In this document: positions 30,785 to 40,482 of the stretch, piece by piece
Numbering within the stretch: the stretch's first letter is position 1
Layout of the letters: every line of letters starts with the position of its first letter
Source of the DNA: an uncultured Actinomycetota bacterium
Lineage (GTDB): Bacteria; Actinomycetota; Actinomycetes; Propionibacteriales; Nocardioidaceae
Length of the DNA: 64,000 nucleotides
Direction: 5' to 3'
Assembly (NCBI GenBank): GCA_963812235.1
Contig: CAWEUP010000022.1
Location: 50,925-114,924 of the forward strand
Notes under the pieces: generated by a model
What the model saw: the letters and a program-made list of their open reading frames with translations, nothing else
Databases searched by the model: none
Told to the model about the DNA's origin: nothing
Position numbers and translations under genes: made by a program

Positions 30785-31732
30785 TTACGCGGCTCGCAGC
30801 CAGCTTGCCCAGTCAGGGTGATTGACGATGCTGCGTGCGCGCAGTTCCTTCCACCACCCGTACTTGGCGAAGTCGAACTCGAGCTCGGATATCTCGCGTT
30901 GGACCATGGCCCAGGCGGACCATTTGATGTCAGCCAGGGCCTTGTAGATCTGAACGCGTCCGAAGGCCTGGTCGGTGCAGGTGCCGAAGTACTCCTCGAT
31001 CAGGCGACGCTCGACATCGACGGGAAAGAACATCTCCCCGAACCAGAGGCCCAGCTCGAAGTGCGCGTCGTTGTCCGAGGCATATTCGAAGTCGACGAGG
31101 CGGACCTCGTTGTTCTGATCGAGCATGAAGTTCGCTGCCAGGTTGTCGTTGAGGCAGGGGACGAAATCGATCCCCGACGACTCGATCGCTTCCCGGGCCA
31201 ACCGGTATTGGCAGAGAAGCCACGGCATGTCCGCAGGCACGGTGATCTCAAGAGAGGTGATCTGGGCGAGGTGCTCCTCGATCATGTCGAAGACCGTTTT
31301 GCGGTTGCCGAGCGCGTCTTGAGAGTTGAAGGTGCGTAAGGCCCTGAGCGCGTTGTCCTGGACCTGCGGATCGGAAAAATCGCGGTTGTCGGCCGCCCGG
31401 AAGCCGTGCAGGAACTCGAAGACCTCGACGCCGTGCTGCGGCAGAAAGTGGCTCACCGTCGCACCGCACCCACAGTCGGCCGCGCTTCGACTCGCCCGCG
31501 CGGCATGCTCCCGGTCGATGAAAGCCTCTGTTCCTGCGCCCGGAACCTTGACAAAGAAGTCGGTGTCCTTGCCTTCGACACGAACCCGCCAGTTGCTGTT
31601 GGTGATGCCTCCGGAGACTGGCGCGTAACTGATGCCCCGCCCCTGCCATTCGCCTATATCCGCGAGGACACTCTCCAGTTTTCGTTCGCCCTGATTGACC
31701 GCTGCGCCGAGGGTCCGCGCCAGCGTTGCCAT
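30785..31732 (-). CDS. Choline/ethanolamine kinase-like phosphotransferase
   Basis: SGGITNSNW, IDRE, CLNDNLAANF, LVDFEYA. Confidence 0.85.
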   Translation of the reverse strand: MATLARTLGAAVNQGERKLESVLADIGEWQGRGISYAPVSGGITNSNWRVRVEGKDTDFFVKVPGAGTEAFIDREHAARASRSAADCGCGATVSHFLPQHGVEVFEFLHGFRAADNRDFSDPQVQDNALRALRTFNSQDALGNRKTVFDMIEEHLAQITSLEITVPADMPWLLCQYRLAREAIESSGIDFVPCLNDNLAANFMLDQNNEVRLVDFEYASDNDAHFELGLWFGEMFFPVDVERRLIEEYFGTCTDQAFGRVQIYKALADIKWSAWAMVQREISELEFDFAKYGWWKELRARSIVNHPDWASWLRAA

Positions 31733-31734
31733 GC

Positions 31735-32703
31735 TCAGACCCCCCTCAACCATGACTCGAACCGACGATCGCTGGCAGTGTAGTGAGCGCGCAGGAGGCG
31801 CCACTGCCCGTACTTGTAGAACTCGATCCCCGGCCGGTCGCTGAGGTGCCCCATGACGATGCCCCACAGGCCCCAGCGGAGGTCATCGCCGAACCCGTAG
31901 AGGCGACACCGAGCATGGTTGGCCTCGTCGGCGGTCCCCAGCGCCAGCTCTACACCGGTGCGCCAGTCATCGTCCGATCGACAGCTCTCCACCAGGAGCG
32001 ACCCGAAGTCGTGGAAGGGGTCGATGTCCGCGGCGACGTCGTAGTCGACGAGCCAGACCTGTGAACCGTCCTCACTCACCATCACGTTGCTCGACACTCC
32101 GTCGCCATGGGCAGGAACGATGTCGACTCCGCTTGCCTGCAACGCGGCACCGCAATGAGCGGCACAGTCACGCAGCCACAGCGTGGAGCCGGGCACCATA
32201 TGCGGAGGAAGGTCACGTGCGGCGAGCTGGGCGAGGCTCTCGATCTCGCCGAAGACATTGCGTCGTCGACCCATGGATGGGCCATCGTGCAAGAGCTTCT
32301 TGGCTGCGATCACCCGCGCGAGCAGGTCCACCTGCGCCAGGTCGTCGTTGCGGGCCCATCGGACGCCCTCGGGCAGATGCTCGTAGACGACCGAGTCGAC
32401 TTCGGCCAACTCCTCGATCACCGCCGGGGCCACCCCGGCGGCAGCCGCCTGACGGGCCGCGTGGACAGAGTCAGGTACATCGACGAAGTCGGCAGCGTCC
32501 TCGGTTCGGCGGCTTAAGAAGTAGTCGGCGCCGTCGACGCAGACGCGAGCGCAGTCGTGCTCAACCGCTCGCCTTGTCGGCGAGGCCACGGGGCTCGTAG
32601 CGACCTCGTAGGTGGCCGGTGCTCGAGTCAGGGACTCAGAGGCGAGGAGCGCCTCTTCGAGCCGCTCCTCGACTGGATTCGCTGGGTTTCCGGGCGCCTT
32701 CAT
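31735..32703 (-). CDS. Second, divergent choline kinase/APH-like phosphotransferase
   Basis: PAHGDGVSSNVM, LVDYDVA, DPFHDFG; C-term EFYKYGQWR parallels DFAKYGWWK of the neighbour. Confidence 0.78.
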   Translation of the reverse strand: MKAPGNPANPVEERLEEALLASESLTRAPATYEVATSPVASPTRRAVEHDCARVCVDGADYFLSRRTEDAADFVDVPDSVHAARQAAAAGVAPAVIEELAEVDSVVYEHLPEGVRWARNDDLAQVDLLARVIAAKKLLHDGPSMGRRRNVFGEIESLAQLAARDLPPHMVPGSTLWLRDCAAHCGAALQASGVDIVPAHGDGVSSNVMVSEDGSQVWLVDYDVAADIDPFHDFGSLLVESCRSDDDWRTGVELALGTADEANHARCRLYGFGDDLRWGLWGIVMGHLSDRPGIEFYKYGQWRLLRAHYTASDRRFESWLRGV

Positions 32704-34016
32704 GCAGGAGCCTCATCGTGAACGCTGTCGTTCGCCGCCTCAGCATCATCGAGCGCCTTGTGACACAGCCGCCAGATCAGCTCGGAGTAGGTGTCGAGTC
32801 CGGCCAGCAGTGACTCCTCGCTGGTGAACTCGTGCTCGTTGTGTGCGACACCATCGGCTGAGGGGGTGAAGAGCATGACAGCGGGAGCGACGGCGTTCAC
32901 CGCCACCGAGTCGTGCCCCGCCACGGTGCCCAGGTCGACGTAGGGCTGCCCGACAGCATCGGCCGCATCGTGCGCCACGACAACGCCTGCTGCGTCGAAG
33001 TAGCGGACGTCGCGTCGCGACTCCTTGCGGAACGAGATCTCGACATTTGTCTCTCGTGATATCCGGCCCATCTCGTCGACGAGCGACTGCTCGGCCCTCT
33101 TCAGCAGCTCGGCGTCGAGGGATCGGAGCTCGACGAAGGCCACACAACGACCGGCGACGACGTTCGGCGAGTTCGGCGACACCTGCAGTCGCCCCACCGA
33201 AGTGTGGAGCCGGGAGTCGTGCTCTCCCGGACCCGTCTCCTCGACGAGGTCTCTGACCTTCACGATCACTCGTGCCGCGGCCAGGAGTGCGTCCTGGCGC
33301 TCGGCCATCATCGTGGGACCCGTGTGCGCCTGGGAGCCGATGAACTCGACCTCGAACTTGTGAGCCGCCCAGTTGTGCGTCAGGACACCTACGTTGAGGT
33401 CGGCGTTCTCGAGCAGGTGTCCTTGTTCTACGTGGATCTCGGTAACGGCAGCAGCCGGCACCGGGGGCTCATCCGAGCCGAGGTAACCCATCTCGGCGAG
33501 CGCGTCCTTCACGGACGTTCCCTGCTCGTCTCGCACGCCCAGCGCGACCTCGAGTGGCAAGCTGCCGGCGTAGACCGAGCTGCCGAGTAGGCTCGGCTGG
33601 AACCGCGCCCCTTCCTCGTTGGTCCACGACACCACCGCCAGGTTGTAGGGCGGAGCCTCCTCCGACGCGGCAACTCGTTTCCGGATCGAGTCCGCCGCCA
33701 CCATGGCCGCGACCACTCCGTAGGCCCCGTCGAACCGGCCGGCGGTGGGTTGGCTGTCCAGGTGCGAGCCGGCGAGGACGTAAGGCGCTCCCGGCGACCA
33801 CGTGAGCACACCGAAGACATTGCCGATCGGGTCCACTCGAACATCGAAGTCACGGCTCTCCAGCCACGCCTTCATCCAGTCACGCGCTTCCCCGTTCGCG
33901 ACCGTTCCCTCTACTCGATCCGCCCCGCCGGATGGCATCGCTCCGACTTCGGAGAGCTCGGCCCAGGCCTGGACGAAGCACTCGAAGTCGGGGACCGGGG
34001 ACAGTCTGGGCATCAC
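32700..34016 (-). CDS. M20 Zn-dependent amidohydrolase (allantoate amidohydrolase / N-carbamoylase-like)
   Basis: GSHLDSQPTAGRFDGAYGV, NEEGARF, EIHVEQG, AGHD, HNEHE. Confidence 0.92.
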   Translation of the reverse strand: MMPRLSPVPDFECFVQAWAELSEVGAMPSGGADRVEGTVANGEARDWMKAWLESRDFDVRVDPIGNVFGVLTWSPGAPYVLAGSHLDSQPTAGRFDGAYGVVAAMVAADSIRKRVAASEEAPPYNLAVVSWTNEEGARFQPSLLGSSVYAGSLPLEVALGVRDEQGTSVKDALAEMGYLGSDEPPVPAAAVTEIHVEQGHLLENADLNVGVLTHNWAAHKFEVEFIGSQAHTGPTMMAERQDALLAAARVIVKVRDLVEETGPGEHDSRLHTSVGRLQVSPNSPNVVAGRCVAFVELRSLDAELLKRAEQSLVDEMGRISRETNVEISFRKESRRDVRYFDAAGVVVAHDAADAVGQPYVDLGTVAGHDSVAVNAVAPAVMLFTPSADGVAHNEHEFTSEESLLAGLDTYSELIWRLCHKALDDAEAANDSVHDEAPA

Positions 34017-34084
34017 AACTCCTTGGGAACTATCTCTTCAACGCGGGGCACCATGCCCGCGGCTTTCATGGACATAGCTGTGGG

Positions 34085-35641
34085 TCAGTCCCTCCCGCCG
34101 ATCTCCACGCGTCGCCGGTCACCTGACTCCTCGAGGCTGATCGCCTCCTTGACGAAGACCGGATTCTTGGCGACTTCGAACATCTCCTCCACCCGAGCCC
34201 GTTCCGCGGCGGACTGCGGCAGGACCTTCGACACTACGAGGAACACGATCAGGTTCAGGATCAGACCGAGGATCCCTCCGGTGAGGCTGCCGAGTTGCGA
34301 CATGTCGTCGGGGTAGATGAAGGTGAGGACTGCAGCGACGACGAACCCGACGATCATCCCCGAGAGCGCCCCGACCTTGTTCCCTCCGCGCCAAAAGATG
34401 CCGAGGAACAAGGGCACCGAGAGCTGAATGATGCCTTGGTAGGAGATCTGGGCCAGCAGCTGCAGCCTCGCGTAGTCGAACGTCGCGTAGGCGACGACAC
34501 CTGCTAGCGCCATGTAGGCGACCATGCTGATCTTGGCGATCTTGGTGAGTTGGGAGTCGCTCAGCTTGCGCTTGTCGGAGTCGATCAGGTCGTTAGCGAT
34601 CTGGAGCCCCGACACCTGAACGCTTCCATCGATGTGGCCCATCGAGGCAGCGAAGACCATCACGATGCCCAAGCCCAGCAGCCACGTGCCGCCGTATGCC
34701 TCGAGCGCGGTGAACCACCCCTGTTGCGGATCTGCGGCCACCTCCGGGATGGCTGATGCCGCGATGCCAAAGAGCGTGAGCAGCGTGTAGAAGCCGCCGA
34801 GGATCAACACCGTGCGGAGCGTGGCCTGCTTGACGACCCGGACGCCGGACGCGGTGTAGATTCGCTGGAAGCTCATGGGCCAGCACAAACTGCCGATGAC
34901 CCCGGTGATGATCAGGCTGAACAGATAAAGCGGGCCATACCCGTCCCCATCACCCGGAACACGGAGGTAGCTCTGCGGCACGTCGGCGAGAGCAGCGAAG
35001 CTGACGGGTGGCCCCGCGACTCCCGACAGCAGAACAAGACATACGAGCGCAGACACGACGTAGGCGATGAACCCCTGGAAGGCATCGGTCATGATCAGTC
35101 CGCGCATGCCCATCTGAACCGTCCAGTACTGGCGGACGACGATGGCGATGAGGCCCACGGTCAAGCAGGTGGTGACCGACCAGGTGCCGCGACTCGCTTG
35201 GATGAAGACCTCACCGAAGGACTGCATTCCCAGGACTACCCACGGGAAGATGGAGATGATCCCGATGGTGCTTGCGGCGATCTTCACAGCTCGTGAGTCG
35301 TATCGAAGTCCGATCAGGTCCGGCTGCGACCGAAGGTCGTAGTAGGCCCCCCAACGCCACGAGCGAGACGCCAGGAAGTACATCATCGCGACGCCGAGCG
35401 TCGAGTAGGCTAGCCCGTAGAAGCCGAATACACCCGCGCCGGCTGAGAGGCCGAAGAAGGCGATGAACACCGCCCCTGGCCACCACGAGTTGACGTAGCA
35501 CATCGCTACGAACCACGGCCCGTACCGGCGCCCACCTACCGAGTACTCGTTGAAGGTGGGTTTGTCGGTCTGCTTGGTCCGGTGGAGGATATAGATAACC
35601 GCTGCGTAGAAGACCGTCAGCATCCCCAGCATGATGAGCAT
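34085..35641 (-). CDS. Sodium:solute symporter family protein
   Basis: About 13 hydrophobic segments, EYSVGGR, GMRGLIMTDAFQG, FQRIYTA. Confidence 0.88.
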   Translation of the reverse strand: MLIMLGMLTVFYAAVIYILHRTKQTDKPTFNEYSVGGRRYGPWFVAMCYVNSWWPGAVFIAFFGLSAGAGVFGFYGLAYSTLGVAMMYFLASRSWRWGAYYDLRSQPDLIGLRYDSRAVKIAASTIGIISIFPWVVLGMQSFGEVFIQASRGTWSVTTCLTVGLIAIVVRQYWTVQMGMRGLIMTDAFQGFIAYVVSALVCLVLLSGVAGPPVSFAALADVPQSYLRVPGDGDGYGPLYLFSLIITGVIGSLCWPMSFQRIYTASGVRVVKQATLRTVLILGGFYTLLTLFGIAASAIPEVAADPQQGWFTALEAYGGTWLLGLGIVMVFAASMGHIDGSVQVSGLQIANDLIDSDKRKLSDSQLTKIAKISMVAYMALAGVVAYATFDYARLQLLAQISYQGIIQLSVPLFLGIFWRGGNKVGALSGMIVGFVVAAVLTFIYPDDMSQLGSLTGGILGLILNLIVFLVVSKVLPQSAAERARVEEMFEVAKNPVFVKEAISLEESGDRRRVEIGGRD

Positions 35642-35643
35642 GT

Positions 35644-35916
35644 TCAGTTCCCCCCCGGTTGGCCGTCTGGCAGAGCCTCTTCAAGCTCGCCGCGGATGTC
35701 TTCCACGATGTAGAGAGCCCACAGGGCAGACGCGAGTATCAGCAGGTTGATGATCCAATAAAGAATGCTGAACGGTATTCCCAGAACTTCCGTGGAAACG
35801 CCACTCGCCGCAAGGTAGAACGGGGGGAAGACCGCCATTGCGAGCGCGGCGGCGTACACGGCCACGAAGGTGGTCACCACACTGCGACGGCTGAGTCCTC
35901 GAATGTATGTCTTCAT
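35644..35916 (-). CDS. Small 2-TM symporter accessory protein
   Basis: 90 aa, two TM segments with VLGIPF, immediately upstream of the symporter; GAGGT RBS. Confidence 0.7.
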   Translation of the reverse strand: MKTYIRGLSRRSVVTTFVAVYAAALAMAVFPPFYLAASGVSTEVLGIPFSILYWIINLLILASALWALYIVEDIRGELEEALPDGQPGGN

Positions 35917-36539
35917 CCCTACCTCACTTGACTTGAAGGTGTGCTGGTGGAATCGCTGTTAGCCTCGACGCCGACATGAGCTCCGGCGCGTGCCCGGAGC
36001 GCCAAGGTGATGGCGTGTCACGGCCCCAGGCCCAAGTGATTGCGCGCTGCGGCGACGCCAGATACATAGCGACGGCTACTCAACAGCTGGGAGCGGAGCC
36101 GTGGCGACCCTTGCACCAATTCCACGGCGCGCATGGAACTTGAACGCCGCACCCGAGAACCGCTGACATTAGTGCCCCCTCCGCTATTTACTGCAAGCCG
36201 GTAGCGAGTTGATAGCCATAGCGGGGCAAGTCAAACCGACAGGGAAGTGTTCGTCAAGGATGCGACCTACCCAGGGCGAGTCGCATTTATGCGGCCGGAC
36301 GAGCTGGCTCTATCAGTGTTAAAGCCTCTCGTTCGATGCGGACAAAGACCCGTGACGGGCAGGCCCAGCACCCTCCTTGCCAATCTCACGAAGATGCCTG
36401 GTCGCGCGTTCGCAGGCCTGCCACACGCTGCCGCCTGCCGAGCGTGGTCGCTCGGGCTAGCGTCAAGACTCCCAGTGCCTTGTCGTGTCGGCGGTGAGAG
36501 CGACATGTGCACGCTGCCTCGTTCCCCAGTTGCTCCACC

Positions 36540-37340
36540 TCCAACCCCGAGCCAATTCCTGCCGTTCGTGCCGATGTCCATACCAACGCACCACTGGCTC
36601 CGGTCTCGTTCCTAGGCAGAACAATGGCGTCCTCGACCAACAGATGATCTACGGCGTCCGCTGGCTCTTCCGGTTCGGCCACATCGACGGCCTCGTCCCC
36701 GCCGACCCCGCGGCCTGCGCACGACTGCTGAAGGTCCGACGCCTCGTCGACGTCGCCTGACAGACATCTCGCTCATCCCTTGACTCGCTTGAAGACCAGG
36801 GGCGCGTGGGGCCGCCGAGGTCTCATTCTGACGGCACTGCAGCAACTGGCTTGGCGGGACCTTGCCCCATTCCACCGCCTGTGACAGGCAACGGAACTGC
36901 CCTGCGTTCGACGCTCGGGACTGCTCTAGGAGACGGCGACGCGCGACGCGCCTTCGCTTGAGACTTGCGGGGCGTGCGATCGAAGAGACCCATGACCAGT
37001 CCCAAGTGTGATCTCAGGAGTGCCTTTCAAGCCTAACGGTGAAACTTTTCCCGGTCGTCACGAACGTCTAGACCGCTGACGGTTCTGAGGTCCGGCGAGG
37101 TCACTAGGACCTGCCTCCGCCGCGCTCGGTGACCGCGGCAGTTGGCGCATCGTCCGAGGCGCGCGCATCATTCCTGGGGGTTCCCCTCACATCATTCCTA
37201 ACTCGATGAGGCATGCTGCGATCACCAACGCCCTCGGGGCGGGAGTCTCGCTCGATATGGCGGCCCACGAAACGAATGAGAACTACGACCGCGCCCGGGC
37301 AACCTCGATCGCCACGGCGTCCACTTCCTCCCGCCTACCT
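36540..37340 (+). pseudogene. Decayed tyrosine integrase
   Basis: Fragments in order: LPFVP..PVSFL; GVRWLFRFGHIDGLVPADPA; (H)SxRHAAITNALGAGV..YDRAR; NLDRHGVHFL. Large internal losses. Confidence 0.7.
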
Positions 37341-37464
37341 CTATTCACCTCGAGGGCGGTGCGTCTGCGTCGACTCGACCCAGAAGGGCACTTTTGGGAT
37401 CAGGGGCCCTGTTCCGTTGAGCAGGGGAACCTGCGACTTGGTCCCTGGCAGAGTGCGCGCACTG

Positions 37465-38343
37465 CTAGCGCGTGTTCGCGACTCCGGACGACTGCTCGTT
37501 CGACGAGTCGGCGCGACCTGGGTCGATCCGAAGCGTCGACGAGCCCGGGCCGAACCACAGCGTGCGCTGAGGGAAGGGGATGACGACACCGGCTCCGTCG
37601 AAGGCCGTCTTCACAGCTATCGCGACTGCATTGCGCGTCCGCCATCTGCTGGCGATGTCAGAGGCGTGCCAATAGCGGACCTCGATGTTGATCGAGGAGT
37701 CTCCGAACTCCTGCACCCACGCCTCCGGCTCGGGGGTCGCGCTGACTCCCTCGGCATCACCGCAAGCCCTCAGCAGCAGGTCGCGCACTCGCTCGAGGTC
37801 GGAGTCGTATGCGACGCCGACGGTGATGGACGTCCGGTTCAACGGGGTCCTGGTGAAGTTGACGATCGGGGTCTGCAACACCTCGGCGTTCGGCAGATAG
37901 ACCGTGAGTCCGTCATAGGTCCTCATCCGCACCGTGCGGAGGTTGACGTCGATCACCCGGCCCTCGTAGTCACCGCTCTTGATCTCGTCCCCGGCGTGGA
38001 AGGGTCGGCTGACCTGAAGCAGCACGCCGGCGATGAAGTTCGACAGCATGTCCTGGGCAGCGAACGCGAGAGCGATCCCGCCGATCCCCAGTGCGCCGAG
38101 CATCGGGCCCACCCGTACGCCTGCAATCTCAAGGGCGTAGACGAGGCCGCTGAGAACGATCACGACCCCCACCAGGCGGCCCAGCATCTTTCCCGTCTGC
38201 CGGTCGGAGTCACCGCGGTCGACCACCTGGACAAGCACCCGACGCACAACGGCGGCCAGCATCAGCGCCAACGCGAAAACGCCGACAGCCCAGAGCACTT
38301 GCCCAGTCTCGACCCCATCGATCATGAATCCACTCTGCGCCAT
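37465..38343 (-). CDS. MscS-family mechanosensitive channel
   Basis: GALGIGGIALAFAAQDMLSNFIAG, RPFHAGD, VYLPN, IPFPQR. Confidence 0.93.
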   Translation of the reverse strand: MAQSGFMIDGVETGQVLWAVGVFALALMLAAVVRRVLVQVVDRGDSDRQTGKMLGRLVGVVIVLSGLVYALEIAGVRVGPMLGALGIGGIALAFAAQDMLSNFIAGVLLQVSRPFHAGDEIKSGDYEGRVIDVNLRTVRMRTYDGLTVYLPNAEVLQTPIVNFTRTPLNRTSITVGVAYDSDLERVRDLLLRACGDAEGVSATPEPEAWVQEFGDSSINIEVRYWHASDIASRWRTRNAVAIAVKTAFDGAGVVIPFPQRTLWFGPGSSTLRIDPGRADSSNEQSSGVANTR

Positions 38344-38735
38344 GACTCTGCGTAGAGACCGCATGAAACGCCCCACCACGCACGCGGATACCGCCGGCCG
38401 ACGTGGGGTGCAGCTACGCCCTGCCGCGTCTGGTCTCACCTTCGCGAGCCGTCGATCTCATGGTCAGAGGCGGCATCTTCAATGCGTCAGGAGCGCATGC
38501 TCTGGGGTTGCGCCAGACAGATCCAGCTTGGGAACCGAACTCAGGTACTGACGTTCTGCGTCCTTCCCGGGCGAACCACCCGAACCTCGGACCCCGCGAC
38601 TTTCCACCGCCTGTGGGTCACGTCCCATTGCGGGTTGGCTCCGGCCCCTGGCACGTGGGTACCAACAGAGGACATGTCCGCGATCACGCCTGACCATTCG
38701 GGGTGTGAAGCGCGCGCGAACGTTGGAACACGCCG

Positions 38736-39338
38736 TCACGAGAACATTTCCACGATCAGAATCCACCCGACAGCAATCACCAAGCCAAACAGGGCGACGA
38801 TTTGCGACCGCGAGCCCCAGACGATCCAGGTGGCCCTTTCATGATTGAACTGACGGATCCGCTCCAGATAAATGATGATGTAGCCCAAGTGTTCACGGCT
38901 CGCGCCGGATCGGCTTCCCAGCCACATGTCGTCGGAGGTGCGCCACTCCTCCAACTTGCGATTCTCCACTGTCTGGTTCTCGTGAGGCTGTCCCCCTCCT
39001 TTGAGGCCGCAGAATGCGGCGAGCATGAAGGACAGGAAAGTCACTGCCAAGGCGATGAGACTGAGAAATGGCAGGTCGAAGCCTTCCTGGGTGGTCACGA
39101 GGGACGTGCCGGCAAAGGCCAGCACAGACAGAGCAGTTGACCCGGTGATGAGGCTTGCGCCTTGGGCATCGATCCGCACACGTCGAGCCCGTTCCTCATT
39201 GAGTTCTGTGACTATGTAGTCCTGGACTGCGAAGCCTCCCACTTGGTCGGCTATCGCGGCCGATGGTGTCTTGGTTGGCGGCACATGATCCGGCAGGGGT
39301 GAGGGCTTGGCCTTTCGGGCCCGATTTCGAAGCCGCAT
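38736..39338 (-). CDS. Hypothetical 3-TM membrane protein
   Basis: Two adjacent TMs, a soluble loop and a C-terminal TM; atypical codon usage. Confidence 0.6.
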   Translation of the reverse strand: MRLRNRARKAKPSPLPDHVPPTKTPSAAIADQVGGFAVQDYIVTELNEERARRVRIDAQGASLITGSTALSVLAFAGTSLVTTQEGFDLPFLSLIALAVTFLSFMLAAFCGLKGGGQPHENQTVENRKLEEWRTSDDMWLGSRSGASREHLGYIIIYLERIRQFNHERATWIVWGSRSQIVALFGLVIAVGWILIVEMFS

Positions 39339-39604
39339 GGGCACCCCCTCGTTCCTGGACCGTATGACCTGTTCGGCCGAGCTGACCCAACCAGCGTAAG
39401 TCCCGACTCTTCCCGACCACGTCGCTCCCACCACGGCCTCGACGTGGTTGCGCAGCTGGACTCGGGAGCGGACTTCGCCGCGTCGGCGACCCGGTATCCG
39501 GGGCATGGCGGCCATGGTCATGTCAGACGTCCAGGGGCCAGCGCGTCGACGCAGATCTTCAGGGTCCCATGGCGATCTGGTTGCTGGCAGCGTTAACTGT
39601 CGAC

Positions 39605-39859
39605 CCGTGCGCTCGACCTGTACGTCGAGCGCCCGCCTGACCCAGTTCCAGAACCCCACGCGCCTGGTCGCCGGGTCCGGGATCTTGAGGACCCGTGAGG
39701 TCCGCGTTCCCGATGCGCACAGGCTGGCCTCGATAGCGACCACGAGCCCGCTGATCTGCCTGAAGGCGCCGCCAACGGCGCTGTCGTGGTCACTCACGCC
39801 GGTCACGGCGGCCTGGAAGGTGTGACACGGGCAGGGTCGTTGCTGATCACGGTGGGCAT
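39605..39859 (-). pseudogene. Decayed phage-tail tube (gp19-like) gene of a contractile injection system
   Basis: AAGGAG RBS, MPTVISNDP / F..AVTGVSD..GAFRQISGL..IE..VLKIP / FWNWV..QVER. Confidence 0.7.
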
Positions 39860-39881
39860 GGCGGAACTCCTTGGTGACCGG

Positions 39882-40140
39882 TCAGGCCGTCACGGTCTCG
39901 AGGGTCCGGTGCTGGATGCGGAAGATCACGAACTCCGCAGGCTTGACCGGAGCGATCCCGATCTCGCAGATGAGCCGACCGCTGGCCATGTCGTCCTGCG
40001 TCATCGTGCTGCGGTCGCTCGCATGCGGCGTAGAGCGCTCCGTGGCGTCGCCCCTGGAGTGCGCCGATCCGCCTCTGGGTCACCAGGAAGCCCATCACGG
40101 ACTGCCGGACCGTGCCCGCAGAGGCTCGTCGTTCGGGCTA
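39882..40140 (-). pseudogene. 3' fragment of a contractile tail sheath gene
   Basis: PNDEPL / VRQSVMGFL..GALQG / DRSTMTQDDMASGRLICEIGIAPVKPAEFVIFRIQ-stop. Confidence 0.85.
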
Positions 40141-40454
40141 CCGCGACCGCGCGACCTCGATCACGAAGTTGCCGATCTTCTGCACGGTCTCGACACACCG
40201 GTGGGCCTCGACGATCGGCAGAGCTACTTCAGCGGGGCAATCTCCTCTTGGGCCACGCCTTCACCACGGTGCCCGACGAGAACGCAGTCCGAAAAAGAGC
40301 CACAACCAGAGGCTGGGAAGCCGCGATAGAGAGCGACCCGTCGGACACCTCGACAACAGCCTGGCCGGGCTGATGCCGTGGGAGAAGTCTCAAGTATCCG
40401 CGTACGACGCAATCGGTTTTCCCTTCCACAGAGGCTGAATTGGGCCCGAGGACT

Positions 40455-40476
40455 TGTCGGTGGTCGGTGCTTGGAT
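40455..40476 (+). promoter_or_regulatory. Candidate PafBC/RecA-NDp-type promoter
   Basis: TGTCGG-N10-TTGGAT, 6 nt before the ATG (leaderless geometry); one mismatch to TA-N3-T. Confidence 0.5.
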
Positions 40477-40482
40477 GGATCT

